Shown piece by piece: positions 58,892 through 64,000 of a stretch of 64,000 nt of DNA (the stretch's first letter is position 1; each line of letters starts with the position of its first letter). Both the position numbers and the translations under genes were made by a program. Source of the DNA: Candidatus Limnocylindrales bacterium (GTDB lineage: Bacteria > Chloroflexota > Limnocylindria > Limnocylindrales > CSP1-4); the NCBI GenBank assembly GCA_035540555.1, contig DATLGJ010000043.1:36007-100006 (forward strand), written 5' to 3'. The notes below the pieces were generated by a model. The model was not told where the DNA came from, ran no database searches, and saw only the letters and a program-made list of their open reading frames with translations.

Positions 58892-59470
58892 TCAGTGAGC
58901 GTAGCCGTTGCGCCGGGCGCAGAAGTGGCCGGTCTGGTCGAGTGGCTCGCCGCAATTCGGACACGGCGGCCGGCCCGCCTGCATCACGGCGACTGCTCCG
59001 GCTACGAAGGACTGTGCTTCCGCCGGCTCGAGATGGACACGTACCAGGTCCGGGCCGTTGGGGTCGTCGTCGGGGATCTCCACCACCTCCGCATCCTCGT
59101 CTTCGTCGGACGCGGTGCCGCCGAGCTCGTGCGCCTCGATGACGACCCTCTCGCTCTCCTCGTCCCACGAAAGGATCATGCTGCCGACTCGGAATGCCTC
59201 GACGACCGGCTCAGCCAGCGCCTCCGGCTGGGGCGGGAGCAGGATCTGCGCGCTCGTACCGTCGGCCGCCGCGATGCCCTGTTCGCGGAGGCGAAGGAGG
59301 AGCAGCGCCAGGCGCTCAGCCAGGACGGCGACCTGCGCCTTCTCGAGCGCAACCGAAACGGTCTGGCGGCCCTTGGAGGCCTGCAGAAAGAAGGTTCGCT
59401 GTCCCGGCTCGCCCAGCGCGCCGCAGACGAACCGGTCGGGCGACTCGAAGCTGAAGATCCGACGACTCAT
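58892..59470 (-). CDS. DUF3090-family protein
   Basis: MSRRIFSFESPDRFVCGALGEPGQRTFFLQASKGRQTVSVALEKAQV..., with the C-terminal CPNCGEPLDQTGHFCARRNGY (CxxC...HxC). Confidence 0.85.
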   Translation of the reverse strand: MSRRIFSFESPDRFVCGALGEPGQRTFFLQASKGRQTVSVALEKAQVAVLAERLALLLLRLREQGIAAADGTSAQILLPPQPEALAEPVVEAFRVGSMILSWDEESERVVIEAHELGGTASDEDEDAEVVEIPDDDPNGPDLVRVHLEPAEAQSFVAGAVAVMQAGRPPCPNCGEPLDQTGHFCARRNGYAH

Positions 59471-59476
59471 GGGCCA

Positions 59477-59482
59477 ACTCTA
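59477..59482 (-). promoter_or_regulatory. candidate -10 box TAGAGT, 6 nt upstream of the DUF3090 ATG (leaderless geometry)
   Basis: The minus strand reads GTTATAGAGTTGGCCCATG. This is the same TAGAGT hexamer as in front of the TetR gene and the 47794 uORF. No convincing -35. Confidence 0.35.
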
Positions 59483-59529
59483 TAACCTTGCCACCGATAG
59501 CCTCCCCAGCACCCAGGAGCCGTTGTCCC

Positions 59530-61080
59530 GTGCATTTTCGAACGATCGATCAGTTGGACCCCTCGGCCATCGACGCCCTGATCGTGCCAGTCGACGCCGA
59601 CGGCCGCGCCCCGACCGACTTGCCCGAGGAGGAACGGCGGGTCGCCGAGTGGGTGGCAGGCGAGGTCGGGCCACGCAAGCTGTTCACCGCCACGACACAC
59701 CTGCGCCAGGCTGGCAACGGGGCGATGCGCATGATCGTGGTCGCCACCGGGCGACGGGAGGAACACGACATGGAGCGCGCCCGCAAGGCCGTCGCGGCCG
59801 GGGCTCGCACGCTGCTCCACTCGACGACCCGGCGCCTGACGGTGACCTTCGATGCCGCTGCCCTGGGAACGGCTCAAGCCGTCCAGGCTGCCGTTGAGGG
59901 GGTGCTTTACGCGCTGTGGCGCCCCGATGCGCACCGTTCGGAAGAGAACGAGCGCGGGCTGCCGCCGATCGAGGACGTCCAGCTGCTGATGGGAGGCGGG
60001 AATGGGCGAGGCGATGGCGCCGGCGATGCGCTGCGCGCCGCAATCGAGCGCGGGCAGGCTGTCGGCGAGGCGGTCAATTGGGTCCGCCGGCTGGCCAACG
60101 AGCCGGGCAACCTGATGACGCCGACCCTTCTGGCAGAGGAGGCGCGCCGACTGGCCGAACAGGTGGGCTTGGAGCACGAGGCGCTCGACGAGGCGCAATG
60201 CCGCGAGCTGGGCATGCACTCATTCCTGTCCGTTGCCCGAGGCAGCGCAGAGGAAGCGCGCTTCGTGGTGCTTCGTTACCTCGGCCGCGAGGCGGGACTC
60301 GGAGGCCGCGCGGGTACGCAGGCCGACGGCGGCGCTGCTTACGACCTGGCCTTGGTCGGCAAGGGGATCACCTTCGACTCGGGCGGCATCTCGATCAAGC
60401 CCGCCGAGGACATGCACGTGATGAAGTACGACATGACCGGGGCCGCGTCGGTCATGGCCGCAATCGGCGCGATCGCACGGCTGAAGCTGCCGATCAACGT
60501 GCTCTGTGTAGCGCCGTGCACCGAGAACCTGCCCAGCGGCACGGCAACCAAGCCAGGCGACGTGGTCACCAGCATGAGCGGCAAGACCGTCGAAGTGATC
60601 AACACCGATGCCGAGGGCCGGCTGGTGCTGATCGACGGCCTGACCTACGCCCAGCGCCAGGGAGCCAGGCGACTGGTCGACGTGGCCACGCTGACCGGAG
60701 GCATCAAGATCGCGCTGGGCTCGCACTACACCGGGGTCTTCGGGCGGCCGGAACCGTTCGTTGCGGAGCTCGCTGAAGCTGGTCGCGCGGCGGGGGAGCG
60801 GATCTGGCCGATGCCCCTCTCCGATGAGTATCGCGACGACATGAAGGGTGAGGTTGCCGACCTGAAGAACAGCTCCTCCCGCTACGGCTCGTCGATCAAG
60901 GGCGCGGCCTTCCTCGACGCCGTGGTCGGGGAAGATGCCGAGTGGGCGCACCTCGACATTGCCGGCTCGGCCTGGTTGGACGAGGAGCGACCTTTCACCC
61001 CAAAGGGACCGCAGGGGGCGTCCGTCCGAACGCTGGTTGAGCTGGCCGCGCGAATAGCCGGCCGAGAGGTGGCGCATTAG
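59530..61080 (+). CDS. pepA: leucyl aminopeptidase (peptidase M17)
   Basis: VGKGITFDSGGISIKP, MKYDMTGAA and NTDAEGRLVL. I prefer the GTG at 59530 over the 59488 ORF start. Confidence 0.9.
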   Translation: MHFRTIDQLDPSAIDALIVPVDADGRAPTDLPEEERRVAEWVAGEVGPRKLFTATTHLRQAGNGAMRMIVVATGRREEHDMERARKAVAAGARTLLHSTTRRLTVTFDAAALGTAQAVQAAVEGVLYALWRPDAHRSEENERGLPPIEDVQLLMGGGNGRGDGAGDALRAAIERGQAVGEAVNWVRRLANEPGNLMTPTLLAEEARRLAEQVGLEHEALDEAQCRELGMHSFLSVARGSAEEARFVVLRYLGREAGLGGRAGTQADGGAAYDLALVGKGITFDSGGISIKPAEDMHVMKYDMTGAASVMAAIGAIARLKLPINVLCVAPCTENLPSGTATKPGDVVTSMSGKTVEVINTDAEGRLVLIDGLTYAQRQGARRLVDVATLTGGIKIALGSHYTGVFGRPEPFVAELAEAGRAAGERIWPMPLSDEYRDDMKGEVADLKNSSSRYGSSIKGAAFLDAVVGEDAEWAHLDIAGSAWLDEERPFTPKGPQGASVRTLVELAARIAGREVAH

Positions 61081-61118
61081 GCTTCCAGCGGCCTCGGCGC
61101 TGGCATAAACTGCTCGGC

Positions 61119-61134
61119 GCCGCCGGTCGGCGGC
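61119..61134 (+). terminator. short GC hairpin after pepA (weak terminator candidate)
   Basis: GCCGCC-ggtc-GGCGGC, 39 nt after the stop. No T-tract. Confidence 0.2.
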
Positions 61135-61154
61135 AGGACAGCAGGAGGGGAATC

Positions 61155-62219
61155 GTGTATCGGCAGAAGAATCGGCCGGGCAGGCGTTTGAGCGCCCTCG
61201 TTGCGTCAGCACTGACGGCAAGCCTGCTCGTCGCCTGCGCCGGCACGCCGCCTACGGGCTCGCCGGCGGCAAGCCCGGGCGAAGGCAAGCTGCGCGTCTT
61301 CGGCGCCTTCGCCACCCAGATCGAAGAGCCGTGGGACGGCGTCATTCACCGCGCGCTCGAGAAGGAGCAGGCAGCCGGGCGGATCGAGTACAGCTACACC
61401 GACGACCTCGGCTATTCGGGTGACATGGAGCGCGAGCTGCTCGAGGTGTCGCAGGGCGAGAACGCTCCGGACATCATTTTCGGCGACGCCTTCGGCAACG
61501 AGGAGGCCACCCGACGAGTCGCGGACCAGTTCCGGGAGATCGCCTACGTCTTCGGCTCCGGCGGCGGCCCGGCTGATCCCAACTTCTCCGTCTTCGACAA
61601 TTGGATCCACGAGCCGGCTTACCTGGCCGGCATGCTCGCCGGGGGACTGACCGAGTCGAACGTCCTCGGCGTCGTCGGTGGTTACCCCGTGCCCGAGGTG
61701 AACCGGATCACGAACGCCTTCATCGCCGGCGCCCAGGAGGTCAACCCCGAGGTCGAGGTCAAGGTCACGTTCCTCAACAGCTGGTTCGATCCAGCGGCCG
61801 CCAAGGAAGCGGCGCTCGCCCAGATCGACGCTGGCGCCGACGTCCTGTACGCGGAGCGCTTCGGTGTCATCGAGGCGGCACGCGAGCGCGGCGTGCTCGC
61901 GTTCGGCAACATGTCAGACCAGCGTGAGCTTGCGCCCGAGCACGTCGTCAGCAGCGTCGTCTGGAACATGGAGCCGACGGTCGAGTACGTCATCGACCAG
62001 GTGCTGGCCGGTGCGTACACGGCGCAGGACCTGAAGGACTTCAGCATGTTCGCGAAGGGCGGCGCCTCACTTGCGGACATCAACACAGACGTGATCGGCG
62101 GCGTGCCGGACGATCTCGTCGAGCGCGTCCGCGAGCGCGAGGGCGAGATCCGCAGCGGCCTCTTCCGAGTCGACATCAACGAGGCCACGCCGCCGGGGTC
62201 GGTGATCCCCGAGGGCTGA
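61155..62219 (+). CDS. BMP-family (PnrA/Med-like) ABC transporter substrate-binding lipoprotein
   Basis: RBS AGGAGGGG, GTG start, lipobox LLVACAG. Also GFDNWIHEPAYLAGMLAG and LGVVGGYPVPEVNRITNAFIAGA. Confidence 0.9.
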   Translation: MYRQKNRPGRRLSALVASALTASLLVACAGTPPTGSPAASPGEGKLRVFGAFATQIEEPWDGVIHRALEKEQAAGRIEYSYTDDLGYSGDMERELLEVSQGENAPDIIFGDAFGNEEATRRVADQFREIAYVFGSGGGPADPNFSVFDNWIHEPAYLAGMLAGGLTESNVLGVVGGYPVPEVNRITNAFIAGAQEVNPEVEVKVTFLNSWFDPAAAKEAALAQIDAGADVLYAERFGVIEAARERGVLAFGNMSDQRELAPEHVVSSVVWNMEPTVEYVIDQVLAGAYTAQDLKDFSMFAKGGASLADINTDVIGGVPDDLVERVREREGEIRSGLFRVDINEATPPGSVIPEG

Positions 62220-62292
62220 GTCGCAGCACCTGATCCGCAGGCGTGATCGGACCGGCGACTGGCTGCTCGGTCATGGCCACGCGATCGGCGCC

Positions 62293-63870
62293 ATGACCGA
62301 GCGCCCGGCCACGCAGCCAGCCGCCGGCCGCCCGGCTGTCCCGCAGGTCGAGCTGCGCGGCATAACCAAGCGCTATGGCCCGCTGCTGGCCAATGACGGC
62401 GTCGACCTGACGCTGTGGCCGCACGAGGTCCACGGCGTGCTCGGGGAGAACGGCGCCGGCAAGACCACGCTGATGCGGATCCTTTACGGGTTGAACATTC
62501 CCGATGCCGGTGACATACGCATCAACGGCGAGGCACGACGCATCCGCTCGCCGGCCGACGCGATCGAGGCCGGCATCGGGATGGTCACCCAGCACTTCAG
62601 CCTGGTCGGCCCGATGAGCGTTACGGAAAACGTCGTTCTCGGGCGGACCGGAGGTCTGCGCCTCGACCTCGCCGCAGCGCGTCGCCGCGTGCGCGAGTCC
62701 GCCGAGCGCTTTGGCATCCGGCTCGATCCCGACGCCCGGGTCGACACGCTTTCTCTCGGCGAGCAGCAGCGCGCAGAGATCCTGAAGGCCCTCTTCCGGG
62801 AGTGTCGCGTATTGATCCTCGATGAGCCGACCGCGGTTCTCGTGCCGCAGGAGGTCAGCCAGCTCTTCGAGACGCTGCGCCGGCTGGTCAAGGAGGGCAT
62901 GTCCGTGGTCTTCATCAGCCACAAGCTGCGGGAGGTGCTCGAGATCACCGACGAGGTCACGGTGCTCCGGCACGGCCGCGTGGTGGGCACCGTCCGCACG
63001 GCCGACACCGACGCCCGCCAGCTCGCGTCGATGATGGTTGGCCGGCCGACCTTCGGCGTAACCGCCGACCACGGAGCCGAGCGCGGCGCACCCGTGTTGC
63101 GCGTGGATGGCGTGTCGGCCAGCGGCGCCGGCGGCCTGCCGGCCCTGCGCGAGGTCAGCTTCGAAGTCGCCGCCGGTGAGATCCTCGGCGTGGCCGGCGT
63201 CTCGGGCAACGGCCAGACCGAGCTGGCACAGCTGCTCTCGGGAATGCGCCGGCCGACCGCGGGCTCGATCACGGTGCAGGGCCGCGACATCGGCGGGCGA
63301 TCGCCCGACGAGGTGATGGCGGCCGGCGTCGGGCGCATTCCGGAGGACCGCCACGCCAGCGTCGTCCCGGAGATGAGCGTCGCCTACAACCTGGTGATGG
63401 AGCACCTCGACGAGTTCCGACGCGGCCCGCTGCTCGACGAGCGGCGCGTCACCGCCTATGCCGAGGAGATGATCGAGCGCTTCGCGATCAAGGCGCGGCC
63501 GCGTGATCGGATCGGCCAGCTGTCGGGGGGCAACATGCAGAAGGTGCTTCTCGCCCGCGTGCTGGCGCGCGAGCCGACAGTCATCGTCGTAGCGCAGCCG
63601 ACTCGCGGCCTCGACGTGGGGGCAACCGAGTACGTCCGCGGCGAGCTGGTCCGCCAGCGCGCCCGCGGTGCCGCGATCGTGCTCCTCTCGGAGGACCTCG
63701 ATGAGCTTCTGGAGCTGGCCGACCGGCTGATCGTCCTGTACGAGGGCCAGGTGATGGGCGAGGTCACGGCCAGCGAGGCGGACCCCGAGCGGCTGGGGCT
63801 GTTGATGGCCGGACGTACGGACGAGGCGGCCCTGGCGCGCTCGCCCGGCAGCGCAACAGGCAGCGCCTGA
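62293..63870 (+). CDS. ABC transporter ATP-binding protein, duplicated ATPase (sugar/nucleoside type)
   Basis: GENGAGKTT / LSLGEQQR / LILDEPT, and GVSGNGQTE / LSGGNMQK. Confidence 0.9.
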   Translation: MTERPATQPAAGRPAVPQVELRGITKRYGPLLANDGVDLTLWPHEVHGVLGENGAGKTTLMRILYGLNIPDAGDIRINGEARRIRSPADAIEAGIGMVTQHFSLVGPMSVTENVVLGRTGGLRLDLAAARRRVRESAERFGIRLDPDARVDTLSLGEQQRAEILKALFRECRVLILDEPTAVLVPQEVSQLFETLRRLVKEGMSVVFISHKLREVLEITDEVTVLRHGRVVGTVRTADTDARQLASMMVGRPTFGVTADHGAERGAPVLRVDGVSASGAGGLPALREVSFEVAAGEILGVAGVSGNGQTELAQLLSGMRRPTAGSITVQGRDIGGRSPDEVMAAGVGRIPEDRHASVVPEMSVAYNLVMEHLDEFRRGPLLDERRVTAYAEEMIERFAIKARPRDRIGQLSGGNMQKVLLARVLAREPTVIVVAQPTRGLDVGATEYVRGELVRQRARGAAIVLLSEDLDELLELADRLIVLYEGQVMGEVTASEADPERLGLLMAGRTDEAALARSPGSATGSA

Positions 63871-64000
63871 TGCGATCCAGGCTTACCGCCTATACCGCCG
63901 GAGTGTCCTGGGCAGCTCTCGCGCTACTGCCGCTGACCGTGCTGGTCACGGCGGCGCTGACCGCGCCATTCGTTCTGCTGGCAGGCGCCGAGCCGCTGGC
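63870..64000 (+). CDS. ABC transporter permease (partial, continues beyond the window)
   Basis: The ATG at 63870 overlaps the upstream TGA (TGATG). The hydrophobic N-terminus is WAALALLPLTVLVTAALTAPFVLLAG. It is not in the ORF track because it has no stop in the window. Confidence 0.6.
   Translation, partial: MRSRLTAYTAGVSWAALALLPLTVLVTAALTAPFVLLAGAEPL

Overview
This is a visibly GC-rich (not computed), gene-dense bacterial chromosomal segment with about 60 protein genes on both strands. By eye I found no rRNA, tRNA, CRISPR array, transposase, integrase or phage gene.

Most of the content is core and peripheral metabolism:
- Central metabolism: pyruvate dehydrogenase E1 (aceE), PEP carboxylase (ppc), polyphosphate glucokinase.
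- A GlgE alpha-glucan cluster: a large GH13-like gene, glgE and a treS-maltokinase fusion.
- A TetR-paaABCD phenylacetyl-CoA epoxidase cluster that lacks paaE.
- A Fur-family regulator divergent from a cbiM-PDGLE-cbiQ-cbiO Ni/Co ECF transporter.
- Three ABC uptake systems (sugar, amino acid, BMP/nucleoside type).
- A NarL-type two-component system, RecQ, a secreted S8 protease, a VanY-type peptidase and a GGDEF cyclase.

Several markers point to an Actinomycetota-like high-GC lineage. These are the GlgE pathway with a TreS-Mak fusion, the SCO1664/DUF3090 pair, TANNNT -10 boxes sitting 6-9 nt in front of start codons, frequent GTG/TTG starts, and about 14 ATGA/GTGA/TGATG junctions. This placement is an inference.

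Many long ORFs in the supplied track are Arg/Pro/Gly-rich shadow frames of real genes. Several real genes start well inside their listed ORF, and I give re-derived starts for those.

I see no clear mobile or defence island. The best candidates for new biology are:
1. An ECF sigma factor abutting an MGMT protein that carries a C-terminal Ada-type Zn sensor domain in the position where an anti-sigma gene normally sits.
2. A DUF3090 / SCO1664 kinase-like / small TM / double PRC-barrel operon.
3. A 1106-aa GH13-like enzyme with a histone-like Lys/Ala/Pro tail, coupled to glgE.
4. An orphan HTH protein with a nuclease-fold-like C-terminal domain, next to a structured 217-bp intergenic region.

All functional calls come from motif recognition by eye. 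No database search was run.
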